DNA of 64,000 bases from Eledone cirrhosa (GCA_964016885.1 CAXHJY010000860.1:186001-250000), one strand, 5' to 3'. Counted from the first letter of the stretch, positions 1-17,749 are shown. Program-made: numbers and translations. The notes: a model not told the origin generated them from the letters alone.

Positions 1-32
1 ACACACACGTATACTTACACATGAATATATAT

Positions 33-76
<44 letters not shown>

Positions 77-433
77 TGAGATATATATATATATATAGAG
101 AGAGAGAGAGTGAGAGAGAGAGAGAGAGATATATATATAGAGAGGGAGAGAGTGAGATATATATATATATATATAGAGAGAGATATATATAGAGAGAGGG
201 AGAGAGTGAGATATATATAGAGAGAGATATATAGAGAGTGAGAGAGAGGGAGAGAGAGAGAGAGAGAGGGCGAGAGACAGATAGAGAGTGAGAGAGAGAG
301 AGGGGGAGAGAGTGAGATATATATATATAGAGAGAGAGAGTGAGAGAGAGAGAGAGAGAGAGAGGGGGAGAGATATATAGAGATATATATAGAGAGAGGG
401 AGAGAGTGAGATATATATAGAGAGAGATATATA

Positions 434-464
<31 letters not shown>

Positions 465-500
465 GGGGAGAGTGAGAGAGAGGGAGGGAGAGGGAGATAG
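1..500. repeat. Compound (GA)n/(TA)n microsatellite
   Basis: Alternating GAGA and TATA tracts. Confidence 0.95.
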
Positions 501-824
501 ACCACAGATAGACAGAGGGACAGATGAAGTGTCGTTCGGTCACGCGTCGCTCGGAACCTTAAAACGTTTTCAAAAGGATCCGCCATTTTCTTTTTTTTCT
601 CGTCTATCACAGTACAGTATTATTCTCGTTTTATCTTCTCGTGTTATCTCTCTCTCGTTTGTGTTCGTTGGCAGGCTTGACCAGCTGCCGAGTGTTAGTA
701 TCGAAACCCCAACGGCCAGATGACGCGGGATCAGATAGGGGAGAGATTAGAGGGAACTTTGACGGAAGGCTTAGCATCTTCTTTAAAGGTGTATCTGATG
801 TGTGAGAATATATAATTGTGCGTG

Positions 825-825
<1 letters not shown>

Positions 826-899
<74 letters not shown>

Positions 900-1063
900 T
901 GTTTTGGAGATAGATAGATATTTGTGTGTATATATATATACACACACACTCATATATTATAGAAAGATAGTTGTGTATATATATATATATATATGCATAT
1001 ATATACATACATACACACGCACACATATAGTTATATATGTATATATATATGTGTGTATAAGTA

Positions 1064-1120
<57 letters not shown>

Positions 1121-1231
1121 TTATATAGTTATATATGTATATATATATGTGTATAAGTATATATATATATATATATGTTTATGTAGTTATATATGTATAT
1201 ATATATATGTATAAGTATGTATGTATATATA

Positions 1232-1279
<48 letters not shown>

Positions 1280-1293
1280 TATATATGTATATA

Positions 1294-1335
<42 letters not shown>

Positions 1336-1368
1336 TATGTAGTTATATATGTATATATATATGTATAA

Positions 1369-1411
<43 letters not shown>

Positions 1412-1565
1412 TATGTAGTTATATATGTATATATATATATATGTATAAGTATATATGTATATATATATTTATAAGTATATATGTATATATATATTTATAT
1501 ATATATATATATATGTTTATATAGTTATATATGTATATGTATAAGTATATATGTATATATATATA
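826..1565. repeat. (TA)n-rich microsatellite with GTAGTTATATATG interruptions
   Basis: Direct reading. Confidence 0.95.
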
Positions 1566-1695
1566 GTTATGTAATAAACAATATAAGATAATTAATTCAT
1601 TTACCAGTGGTTTCTTGAAAACAGATATTTATGTATGTCTTCAAGAAACCACTGGTAAATGAATTAATTATCTTATGTTGTTTATTACATAACTA
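1564..1695. repeat. Fold-back inverted repeat (about 55-bp arms), probable PLE terminal-repeat remnant
   Basis: TAGTTATGTAATAAACAA...CCAGTGGTTTCTTGAA is mirrored by TTCAAGAAACCACTGG...TTTATTACATAACTA. Confidence 0.75.
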
Positions 1696-1942
1696 AAAAG
1701 CTCTGTAGCCTACACAGAGCACTCACTTCTCCTTTACCTTTCCTACGGAAATATTTCATTTATATATATATATATATTGAGTATATGTTGGTTGTATACC
1801 AACACCTCAGTATGCAGGCTGGAGCACTCGACGAAGTGCGCAGGTTGGTTTGGTTATTCCGGAGTAATGTTGGGCATATCAGAGTATTGACAAGGTTATA
1901 CACCTCAACAACATATTACTTGTCTATGCCACACTAATTCGG

Positions 1943-1997
1943 ACTGCCTGAAGAGGTCACAGCCAAAGATGGCTGTCACTGAAATATATATAGCAGT
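1943..1997 (+). ncRNA. Type I hammerhead ribozyme motif
   Basis: ACTGC-CTGAAGA-GGTCACAGCC/GGCTGTCACT-GAAA-TATATA-TA-GCAGT, followed by AATAAA. Confidence 0.8.
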
Positions 1998-2064
1998 AAT
2001 AAACGAAGCTAAATTTTAAACATTTGACTTTTTATTTTACTTTATTTTATATATATATATATAT

Positions 2065-2271
2065 AACGAAGGCAATGTGGTAAGGTACCAGGTGGACCAT
2101 AATGCACCAAAGTACTCAATACTTAGGGTAGTAGAGTGGGTAATAGGAACGAGTAGGACCCCGACGGCTGAGCTCAAGCCGTTTCGACGGCTAATTCTGG
2201 ACTCAAAATTTTTTTAGTCCAGAATTAGCCGTCGAAACGGCTTGAGCTCAGCCGTCGGGGTCCTACTCGTT

Positions 2272-2275
<4 letters not shown>
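2065..2275. mobile_element. Fold-back mini-element family C (PLE terminal-repeat-like); other copies near 2330-2480, 4236-4304, 11689-11747, 25620-25720, 26444-26495, 27168-27349, 32096-32358, 43439-43600, 48568-48820, 59149-59424
   Basis: Shared AACGAAGGAAATGTGGTAAGG...GCCGTTTCGACGGCTAATTCTGGACT; many copies fold back on themselves and nearly all are flanked by (TA)n. Confidence 0.75.
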
Positions 2276-2317
<42 letters not shown>

Positions 2318-2696
2318 TGTATGTATGTACAACAAAGGAATTGTGGTAAGGAATCAAATGGACAATAACGCACCAGAGTACTCAATACTTAGGGTAGTAG
2401 AGTGGAAAATAGGAAAAAGTAAGACCCCTGTCAGAGCTCAAGCCGTTTCGACGGCTATTTCGTGACTAAATTAGAATTTTTAGCCTGGTGAATAAATAGC
2501 CGAACTTGTCAAGGGGGTACTTCCTTATATGGGAAGATTGTAGTTGTCAAGAGGATTGGTTAACATTTGTTATAAACACAAATAACTCTATCATGGCATT
2601 TGGTGGGAGGTAGGGGTGGCTGAACTTGCCTGTAGAACAATAGGGGAGTGAGTGAAGTGGTCTAGAGTGGAGCGGACAAGCGGGGTCTTACTTTTT

Positions 2697-2776
<80 letters not shown>

Positions 2777-2796
2777 TAAACGGAATATATACATAT

Positions 2797-2960
2797 CTAA
2801 GGCGGGTAAAATTCCCGAGATCCATGGACGAGTTCACTCCAGCGGTCTCTGTCCCTTATTATCGCTGCCATGTCCTGCGTCTCCAACAGACCAGTGTCTG
2901 TCCTTAGGGCATCAACATACGTTAACCTTGGTCTTCCTCTTCTAGTGTGTCCATGTAGGG
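2797..2960 (-). mobile_element. RTE-clade LINE 3' fragment
   Basis: Minus frame HGHTRRGRPRLTYVDALRTDTGLLETQDMAAIIRDRDRWSELV matches the RTE C-terminal GRP...DR..W pattern; second copy at 61000-61140. Confidence 0.75.
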
Positions 2961-3017
2961 TTATATATATATATATCTACTCCCCTACACACCCTTGGAA
3001 CTCTCTTACCACACACT

Positions 3018-3087
3018 TTTCACCTGAAGAAGGGCTTATGCCCGAAACGTCGTTCCCCACCACCACCCTACTCTCAAGAGCGTGAAA
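3018..3087 (+). ncRNA. Hammerhead motif with about 30 nt inserted before the 3' arm of stem I
   Basis: TTTCAC-CTGAAGA-AGGGC TTAT GCCC-GAAA-CG-TC...GTGAAA-CTAATAAA. Confidence 0.55.
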
Positions 3088-3139
3088 CTAATAAAGCTTT
3101 GTTCGTACTGCCTCTCTGTTTTGTTCCCGTTCAATTTTT

Positions 3140-3199
<60 letters not shown>

Positions 3200-3231
3200 A
3201 TTTGAATGGATACAGTTTAGTTGAAAGGAAT

Positions 3232-3351
3232 TTATTGACACGTGTTTCTATAACAGTTACATAACCTAAAACAGATGCTATCTACAAACTTTTAGTTATG
3301 CAGACATTCAATATTTCAATGTTATTATTTACTGTCATTTCATCAGAATAA
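3232..3351 (-). ncRNA. Hammerhead ribozyme with extended stem II
   Basis: Reverse complement: TTATT-CTGATGA-AATGACAGT...ACTGTTATA-GAAA-CACGTG-TC-AATAA. Confidence 0.75.
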
Positions 3352-3460
3352 TATTACTGAGGACCTCAGTAATATATATATATATATATATATGATAAAA
3401 AAGAAAATGTCGCTCTACATGGCTGAATACAATAAATGTAATATGAGTTTTTCGAAAATT

Positions 3461-3698
3461 AATAATTGTTTCTACTTTTGGCACAAGGCCAGCAATTACT
3501 CCAGTACATTACTGGTACTTTATTTTATCGACCCCGTAAGGATGAAAGGCAAAGTTAACCTCGGCGTGATTTGAACTCAGATTTGAACTCAGATTTGAAC
3601 TCAGATTTGAACTTAGATTTGAACTCAGACCATAAAGGGCCGTAACTCTTTGCTGCAAAGCATGGCGTCCGACCCTCTACCGTTACTGCCAATCCACC
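3461..3698 (-). mobile_element. SINE family A (tRNA head, Nin/Deu-like central domain)
   Basis: TGGCAGTAACGG head, GAGTTCAAATC B-box, GCCTTTCATCCTTACGGGGTCGATAAAATAAAGTACCAG core, GTAGAAACAATTATT tail. Confidence 0.9.
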
Positions 3699-3809
3699 TT
3701 TTCGATTATTAATAATAACATTCGATTCGAATGAAGTGTTCATTCTAAGACATGGCTTTAAAATTGAGGCGTGTTTGCAAGTGACAGGTAGACTAGAGAT
3801 ACAGGTGAT

Positions 3810-3954
3810 GTATATATATATAGTGTATATATATATATAATGGGTATATATATATATATATAATGTGTATATATATATATATAATGAGTATATATATATA
3901 TATATATAATGTGTATATATATATATAATGTGTGTATATATATATATATATATA

Positions 3955-4006
<52 letters not shown>

Positions 4007-4024
4007 TGTGTGTGTATATATATA

Positions 4025-4066
<42 letters not shown>

Positions 4067-4194
4067 TATATATATATATATAGTTTATATATATATATAT
4101 ATATAGTGTATATATATATATATATATATAGTGTATATTTATATATATATAGTATATATATATATAGTTTATATATATAAACTATATATATATA

Positions 4195-4238
<44 letters not shown>

Positions 4239-4452
4239 TACCCTAAGTATTGAGTACTTTGGTGCGTTATGGTCCATCTGATTCCTTACCACAATTCCTT
4301 CGTTATATATACATATATATAGTGTATATATATGTATAGTGTATATATATATATATAGTGTATATATATATAGTGTATATATATATATAGAGAGTGTATA
4401 TATATATATAGTGTATATATATATATATAGTGTATATATATATATATATATA

Positions 4453-4492
<40 letters not shown>

Positions 4493-4535
4493 CATATATA
4501 AATATATAGTGTATATATATATATAGTGTATATAT
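3810..4535. repeat. (TA)n/TAGTG microsatellite
   Basis: Direct reading. Confidence 0.95.
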
Positions 4536-5088
4536 CATTATCTATAAGAGGCAGATTGTTGTTGTTGTTGTGTGTGTGTGTCTGTGTGCATGTTCCATGT
4601 TTATACATTTGTACAATTTCAAACCGATTCGAGTCTACGACTGTAACTATCTTGTAAATCGACCAACTTAAGTCAACAACTATTTATTTCATTTAATCTC
4701 ACCCACAATTACGGAAATAATCGATAAAACTACATACATGACGCTTTAACCCCCTAATACCATCTGATTACCTCTCTCTAACCCTTCAAATTCGATAAAA
4801 CTACATACATGCTTACAAACTTCCTTTAGGAACGCCGAAGACAGAGAGATAGAGAGAGAGAGTGAGAGAGAGAGAGAGAGAACGTTTGTTTTTGAGTGTG
4901 GAACGGTCAAACATTTATTTACTTCAATGACAAAGAGAACTTATTACATTTCATACGAAACAACAATTATTCAAAAGCAACAGATAAATTTATTCAACAA
5001 CAACATCAATAGCGATAAATCTTCTTTAAAACCTCTCAACGAACGTGGAAGAAAGAAGTATCAATTTATTTACTATACAGAATAATAT

Positions 5089-5452
5089 TCTCTATGAGGT
5101 CACTAAACATGCTAGAAACAGCAGCTAACTCTCCCCTATATCATACCACTCCCTACTGTTTTAAATTTAGAAAACATATCCTCTATGAGGTCACTAAACC
5201 TGCTAGAAACAGCAGCTAACTCTACCCCATAAAACCCCACTCCCTACTGTCTTAAATTTAGAAAACATCCTCTATGAGGTCACTAAACGTGCTAAAAACA
5301 GCAGTTAACTCTCCCCCCCATATCACACCCCTCCCTACTGTCTTAAATTTAGAAAACACATATCCTCTATGAGGTCACTAAACCTGCTAGAAACAGCAGC
5401 TAACTCTCCCCTATATCACACCCCTCCCTACTGTCTTAAATTTAGAAAACAC
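5089..5452. repeat. About 90-bp tandem repeat, 4 copies, probably from a dispersed repeat fragment
   Basis: CTCTATGAGGTCACTAAAC..GCTAGAAACAGCAGCTAACTCTCCC recurs at about 5090, 5181, 5269, 5365; related GGCTGCTATTTCTAA at about 20566. Confidence 0.85.
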
Positions 5453-5613
5453 ACATTAGATAACCATGCAGAACAACTCCATCGCAGCTCTGTTGTTCGG
5501 CTGGCATCGTCTACGCGCGTGTTGCGCAAGTACTGTGAAACAATAAATTTCAACACTTCTTTGCACAGAGATAATATCCATAGGTGAAACTACAATTGTC
5601 ATATAAATATATA

Positions 5614-5653
<40 letters not shown>

Positions 5654-5688
5654 TATATATATATATATATATACTGTATATATATATA

Positions 5689-5726
<38 letters not shown>

Positions 5727-6000
5727 TATATATATATATATATATATAGTGTGTATATATATATATATATATATATAGTGTGTATATATATATATATAGT
5801 GTATATATATATATATATAGTGTATATATATATATATATAGTGTATATATATATATATATAGTGTATGTATATATATATATATATATATAAATATAGTGT
5901 ATATATATAAATATAGTGTGTATATATATATATACATAAAAATAGTGTATATATATATATATAATATATAAGATCAAAAGATGGTTAAAAGAGTTCCATG

Positions 6001-6071
6001 TATTTTATTATGCTCATTTCAAAATCAAATATCATTATGCGATGACATTTGCGTTTTCGTCAGATAAAATA
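6001..6071 (-). ncRNA. Hammerhead ribozyme (family D) inside fold-back element 5962-6270
   Basis: Reverse complement: TATTTTAT-CTGACGA-long stem II-GAAA-TGAGCA-TA-ATAAAATA; arms 5962-6013 and 6135-6186 are inverted. Confidence 0.8.
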
Positions 6072-6278
6072 GGGAGACATGATATGAATGTTAAAAAACA
6101 CTTGTGAGTAGTGCAGTTTTAAATCAATATATGCGCATAATAAAATACATGGAACTCTTTTAACCATCTTTTGATCTGATATATTATTTATACTCCAGTC
6201 CTACAAACTGTAGAGTGCTTCTTATCCGATATCTGCATTGCTTTATTGTACTACAATAAAACTCACCCCTACACACAT

Positions 6279-6380
<102 letters not shown>

Positions 6381-6616
6381 CCTATAATATATATATATAT
6401 ATATATATATTGTATATAATATATATATATATATATTGTATATAATATATATATATATATATATTGTATATAATATATATATATATATATATTGTATATA
6501 ATATATATATATATATTGTATATAATATATATATATATATATAATATATATATATATATTGTATATAATATATATATATATATATTGTATATAATATATA
6601 TATATATTGTATATAG

Positions 6617-6647
<31 letters not shown>

Positions 6648-6743
6648 CAATATATATATATATATTATATACAATATATATATATATATTATATACAATA
6701 TATATATATATATATTATATACAATATATATATATATATAGTG

Positions 6744-6795
<52 letters not shown>

Positions 6796-6919
6796 TATAT
6801 ATATATATATATATATATTGTGTATAAATATATATATATATATATATATATAGTGTATATATATATATATATATATAGTGTATATATATATATATATATA
6901 TATATAGTGTATATATATA

Positions 6920-6957
<38 letters not shown>

Positions 6958-6984
6958 TATATATATAGTGTATATATATATATA

Positions 6985-7168
6985 AATAATTGTTTCTACT
7001 TTTGGCACAAGGCCAGCAATTACCCAATAGATTACTGGTACTTTATTTTATCGACCCTATAATGATGAAAGGCAAAGTTAACCTCGGCGGGATTTGAACT
7101 CAGAATGGCAAGAGCCGTAACTCTATACGTGAAAGCATGGCGTCCGACGCTCTACCGATACTGCCAAT
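6985..7168 (-). mobile_element. SINE family A
   Basis: Matches the family consensus. Confidence 0.9.
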
Positions 7169-7224
7169 ATAAATAATGAATAATAACAGGTAGACATCAT
7201 AAAAATGTAGTTTATTCTGTGTGC

Positions 7225-8582
7225 TTGTGGGAATTTACATAGCCAACATACTACATAGTAAGTTTAGTAATCTACAGGGGGGAATATACAGAGATGACGG
7301 GCTCTTATTAGTTAATAACTTAAATAACCAAAATCTTGAAAGGCTACGGAAAAATATTAGAAAAATCTTTTAGTGAACTGGGTCTAAAAATAACGTACGA
7401 ATACAATCTTAAAGTAGTAAATTTTCTAGACGTAACTCTTAATTTAAATACGGGACTGATACGACCCTTCCACAAGATAAATGAGAACCTTACCTATATC
7501 AATTTTAACTCAAACCACCCACTTTCCATGATCAAATCGGTTCCCCGTATTATTTCTCTTAGAATCTCTCGCCTATCGTCTGACTCTGTGATGTTCAGCG
7601 AACACGCTGAATACTATAATAATGCATTAAGGAATGCCGACCACCGGGATACAATAGAATACATTGATAAGAATCTCCATAACACACATAGCTCTACACG
7701 AAATCAAGGAATACGTAACCGGGGTACTGAAATACAAGCGCACACACGCAGTACAACTAGACATACTAATAATAGAAAATCATCACCAAATAAATCACGT
7801 TGTAGAAAGTATATCTGGTATAATCCTATTTTTAATGCTTCGATTAGTACAAAACTATCTCTTTCATTCTTTAAGTTAATCAACAAGCATTTCCCTAGTT
7901 CCCATAAATACAGTAAAATTCTGAACTCTAAGACTATTAAGCTATCATACTCCACCGCACCAAACCTTGAAGCATACATAACAAAACTTAACTTGAAGCA
8001 ATTAAACAACACTACAAAATAAAATATTTTGATAACAGATGAGCATAACGTGATATCGGCCTCCCAACCACCAAATGGGAGACAGATATTACACAACCCA
8101 CCTGTACTGCTATCACAACCTATCCATGGTGTACCCGCTACCCACAACAAAAACTGTAACTGCCACTTACCTGAAAGATGTCCATTAAAGAATAAATGCC
8201 TAAAGTCCAACATTGTTTATCAATGCACTGTTGAATCGAACGACCAGAAATGGTATTACATCGGGTCTACCACTACCTCGTTTAAATCTCGCTGGTACCG
8301 TCATCGATTCTCAATTAAACATCCTGATCACCGTTTTGTGACCACGCTCGCCAACAAGACCTGGCAACTCCGTGAACGCAACCAACAGTTCACCTTGAAA
8401 TGGGATATACTTTCCAGTGCTAGTGCATATCGGAGTGGATTGAAGTACTGTAGGTTATGTAACCTTGAACTATTTTACATCTTTAAAATCCAAAAAATAA
8501 ATTACTAAATGATAGAATCGAACGATCATTATACTGCAACCACAAACTGAAAGCTAAATTCTCTAACTATAAAATAACTTAA
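7225..8582 (+). pseudogene. PLE RT (C-terminal half) plus GIY-YIG endonuclease, disrupted
   Basis: GIYRDDGL, VNFLDVTLNL, SNHP, CNC..CPL..C linker, IVYQC...YYIGST..FKSRW..H, CRLC, LLNDR.E...CNH; frameshift near 7371, in-frame TAA at 8020-8022, frameshift near 8495. Confidence 0.9.
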
Positions 8583-9094
8583 CATTCGAACCCGTAACTA
8601 TAGCATTGCTTTCTAGCTAACCACTTTCTCTTCCCCCACACTACAAGACAATACCCTGCTTATCACTATGAATGGGAACTCAGTACAATTCGTAGATTAC
8701 TACTATGAACCCAATGTTCAACCACCCCATAGCTTTCGTCTGTCCCCTCTCTATCTCTCCCTCTCTATCCATTCCACTCTCTCTCTCTCTCTCGCCCTAG
8801 GCCTACCTCCCTCCCTCTCCACATCTATGAACCTGCCCTCTGTGGCAATAAATAATTTCAACCTTGACTATCAACGCATCGCTTAAGGTGGTCGCTTTAA
8901 GAGTAACCAGTATAATAAAACCCCTACCACAACATTTTGATTAAGATATCTACAAACCACTCTCTCCCATTTCTCCAACCCTTGCATATCATTCTCTCTC
9001 TCTTCCTCTCCCCTTCTTTTCTCTCTTCCTTGTCTACTCTATCTTCCTCAATAACCTCACTTAAGGGTATTTACATTGTACATTTTAACCATTC

Positions 9095-9206
9095 TGCTCT
9101 GACGATACGGTGGTCACAGCATTTGATAATTGAGTTTTGCAAATAGTTATAAATTTGCACATAGCATAACTAGGCTGTATAACCACCGTGGAAACATTTG
9201 TAAGCA
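9095..9206 (+). ncRNA. PLE 3' hammerhead ribozyme with long stem II insert
   Basis: TGCT-CTGACGA-TACGGTGGT...ACCACCGTG-GAAA-CATTTG-TA-AGCA, then AATAAA. Confidence 0.8.
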
Positions 9207-9372
9207 CACAGAATAAATTACATTTTTATGATGTCTACCTGTTATTATTCATTATTTATCTACACTCCGGAATTCTACCATAACTCGTTGAGTAACCTCT
9301 CACCGTACGTCAACTCTATCCAGTGTAGTAATTAACCATTACTGCATCTAGGATAATCCTATACCTAATTAC

Positions 9373-10850
<1,478 letters not shown>

Positions 10851-11464
10851 TAAATTCTCGCAACAAAAACAGCCTGCTCTATAAAATTGGATTAAAGAAC
10901 AACAAGCTGTAATAATCTAACCTAATACATCAAGCATCAAATACTGAATCATCGTTGATTATGTGAAGGACATATAATGTATATATTACGTTTCCTGGAT
11001 TGTAAAAATGGTGGTGTATACGAAAACCATAACATTATTTTGCTTCTCATTTTTAATATTTCTCTGCACACAAGCTTCTTTATCATACATAAAAAATACT
11101 TTACCAATACAACCCCCATAATACTTTTGATTGCCCTCTTAAAGTGCTTGTATTGCATATATCATCTTGCCGCACAATAATCTTATATAAATAAGACACA
11201 CGTGCATGCCCCACGTGTAACTATTGCATACACTAACTACTTCTAACTATCCTCTTGCATTATCTTCGTAAACTGCCAATGTTGTATTTTAACTTTAATT
11301 TTGTTTTAATTTTCCTTTAATATGATTTTAATTTTTGAATGTAAATTACCATTCTAAAATATTATAATGGATGTCACGCCACTGTGCAAACATATATACA
11401 TATGTTTCTGTATGTCTCTTGTCTTGGAAAGGAGGTCATGTATGTAAACAATCATTGAAAAATT

Positions 11465-11509
11465 GCTCCGAAGACTCCAAACCTCGGTTTGGACGAAACA
11501 ATTGTAAGC
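11465..11509 (+). ncRNA. Degenerate hammerhead (CCGAAGA core)
   Basis: GCT-CCGAAGA-CTCCAAAC CTCG GTTTGGAC-GAAA-CAATTG-TA-AGC-TAATAAA. Confidence 0.65.
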
Positions 11510-11559
11510 TAATAAATGGTTTCAACAGAACTTTGATTCATGTAATTTCTATATATACA

Positions 11560-11637
<78 letters not shown>

Positions 11638-11656
11638 TACATGTATATACATATAC

Positions 11657-11689
<33 letters not shown>

Positions 11690-11747
11690 ACGAAGGAAAT
11701 GTGGTAAGGAACCAGGTGGACCATAACGCACCAAAGTACTCAATACT

Positions 11748-11789
<42 letters not shown>

Positions 11790-11840
11790 TACATGTATAT
11801 ACATATACATATATATATATACATATATATATACATATAT

Positions 11841-13458
11841 ATATTGTTATACTTTGGGAGGGTCATGTTGCCAATAAGAAACACACGCACCAGTAGCTTT
11901 CACTTCAATTTATAATAATAAATTTATAAATTTAGGAATTTATAAATTTCCGGTTGGTTGGTTGGTTCCACAACCAGATGGTTGTTTATATATTGTTAAA
12001 GTTCTTTCGTCACACATTCTGTGACCTCTTCAGGGACTGGGGATTCTTTTCTTTGTTTTTTGTGTCTCTGCTTTGTTCTGTCCTACGCCATCTTGTTTTT
12101 GTGTGTGTGTTTTGTGCTTAGTTTGCGCATGTGTTACATACGGGTGTCTGTGTGTTTACATTCGTTTATTTATTTATTTGTTTATTTACATGTTACTGGT
12201 TGGTTGTTTGTTCTATGTGCTTGTGTGTTTTCATTTTGTCCTTAATTGTAAGTTGTGATGTTGCTGTTCCATTCATGTTTTCTATTTAATTTTGGTTGTA
12301 ATTCATTTATGTTTATTGCCTCTGTCATTTGTCTAAACATTGCGTCTTTTCTGTGTGTAGATTCTATTTTTATTTCTATGTTCTCTAATTTACCCTTATG
12401 TTCTATTTTAGCATGTTGGTAGAGTACAGATGATTCTTTACTATCTTGAAGGTCTCTCGCCAGTGTTCATTTATCCGTTCTTCTCTACTACGAGCTGTCT
12501 CACCTATTATGTACACTATATTTTTATCTCTACATTGTCCTTCAGTACATCTTATGCTATATACTACATTTCTAGTTTTACAGTTAATATGGGGGCTTAA
12601 TTTACAGATTATACATTTCGTATCTATACAGGGAGGTCTTTGAAAAGGGTATGTCTTGCTAATAAGTGTTTTTATGGAGGTACCTGGTCTTTCTACTATC
12701 TTAATATTGAGTTTATGTTTATCTAGGGCCCTTCTAAATTTGTAAGCTAATTCACCTCTAGGGGTTGTATCGATGAACATTACACTCTGGTATTTATTGC
12801 TATCATACCATGAGTTTATTCTATTAGCCTTATTCCTAGTTCTTTCTATTCTATTCCAAAATTTGCTCCTGTACAAGGGGCAGGTCCCATTTGTGTCATT
12901 ATTTACCATTTTTTCCCATTTTGTTCTGGCTCCTCTATACACTCTGATTTTATCTCTCTGATTGTAGCCAGAGAACTGCATACGGTAGATAAAGTGTTGT
13001 ATGTGTCTCTCTAGTTCTTCGGTGTTGCACATGCGGGACACATTTCTCATCACCCGTACCAAATCCGCAATCAGTATGTTGATTTTGGTATGGTCCGAAA
13101 CAGCTGAGTTTCGGTGGATCAGATATTTGGAAGTCATGGGTTTGGCATAATGGGAATGGAGGATTTGTTTTTTGTTATTAATGATATCTAACCATACCTC
13201 TGTGTCTAGTACAGGTAATCGATGGTTGGGGTGTCTACTTGGGTAGTCTATAGTAACTTTGATACTCTGGTGGATGGAGTTAGCTATTTGCTGGATGCTT
13301 TCCATTGTGTTTTTCTCTAATTCCTGACAGTTCTCTAGTGGGGCTGTTTTAACTACGATGTTTATATCATCAACGTAGCGGGAGTACATTATCAGGGTTA
13401 AGGGGTCTTCTAATTGTTCTTTATTGGCAACATGACCCTCCCGAAGTATAACAATATC
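11841..13458 (-). mobile_element. Penelope-like retroelement, 5'-truncated, with inverted terminal repeat
   Basis: ATATTGTTATACTTTGGGAGGGTCATGTTGCCAATAAGAA (11841) is inverted at 13417-13458; partial HHR CTGAAGA-GGTCACA..TGTGAC-GAAA at about 12005-12035 on minus. Confidence 0.9.
12245..13413 (-). pseudogene. PLE RT C-terminus plus Cys-rich linker plus GIY-YIG endonuclease
   Basis: YSRYVDDI, LPVLDTEVW, C..C..C linker, NVVYSIRC...YIIGETARS..ER..EH; frameshift near 12445; the first ~28 aa of the listed ORF come from the inverted repeat. Confidence 0.9.
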
Positions 13459-13510
13459 GGTTTCAACACACGTTTTCAGATAAAGAATCTTGTTAAACAA
13501 ATTCAGAAAC

Positions 13511-16125
<2,615 letters not shown>

Positions 16126-16497
16126 CTCTCATCTCCTCCCCTTTTTTTCATCCTTCCCTCCCAATCCCAAAATAAATTTTTTTTTTTTTTTTTTTTTTTT
16201 TTTCCTCGTATATATCCTCCCTTCGTTAATTTTCAAAATTTTTAATTCATACATTATCTTCCAACGGTTTTCAACGTCTCTATGTAACACTATATATCTA
16301 CTCTCTGTTATAAAAACTATCTCTTTCTCTCTATCACCCATCTCTCCCTCTCATCTACTTCCCTTTTCATCCTTTCCACCCCCCCTCTCTAAATAAAATA
16401 TTTTTCCCAATATCACACATCAATCTAAAACCACTTTTCACATGTTGATTTAAAACTGCACTGTCCACAGGTGTTTTTTAGCCTTCATATCATGTTC

Positions 16498-16568
16498 TGT
16501 TTTATCTGATGAAAACACAAATATTATTGCATGATGATATTTGTTTTTGAAATGCGCATAATAAAATA
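16498..16568 (+). ncRNA. Hammerhead ribozyme (family D)
   Basis: TGTTTTAT-CTGATGA-AAACACAAATATTAT...ATGATATTTGTTTTT-GAAA-TGCGCA-TA-ATAAAATA. Confidence 0.85.
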
Positions 16569-16691
16569 CATGGAACTCCTTTAACCATCTTTTGATCTTA
16601 TATTATGTATACTCCAGTCCTACAAACTGTAGAGTGCTTCTTATCCGATATCTGCATTGCTTTATTGTACTACAATAAAACTCACCTCCTA

Positions 16692-17589
<898 letters not shown>

Positions 17590-17590
<1 letters not shown>

Positions 17591-17708
17591 AAGTTGTAAT
17601 AAAATGAAAACGAAATTTCATTTCTCACTCTTAGTACGGCACTTACTTAAATGTAAGTATGTATGTATACGTACATACATATATGTATACAGACGTACAG
17701 TAGCATGC

Positions 17709-17749
<41 letters not shown>

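Larger units (their letters stand above)
7170..9260 (+). mobile_element. Penelope-like retroelement, 5'-truncated, with an inverted partial terminal repeat at the 5' junction
   Basis: 7170-7226 is the reverse complement of about 9202-9259; RT and GIY-YIG ORFs; 3' HHR. Confidence 0.92.

Noticed and set aside
5455-5590. CpG-rich island, possible exon
   Set aside because: No convincing donor/acceptor pair or recognisable peptide in any frame
8020-8022. In-frame stop in the PLE ORF as selenocysteine or readthrough
   Set aside because: The codon is TAA, not TGA, and the copy has other frameshifts
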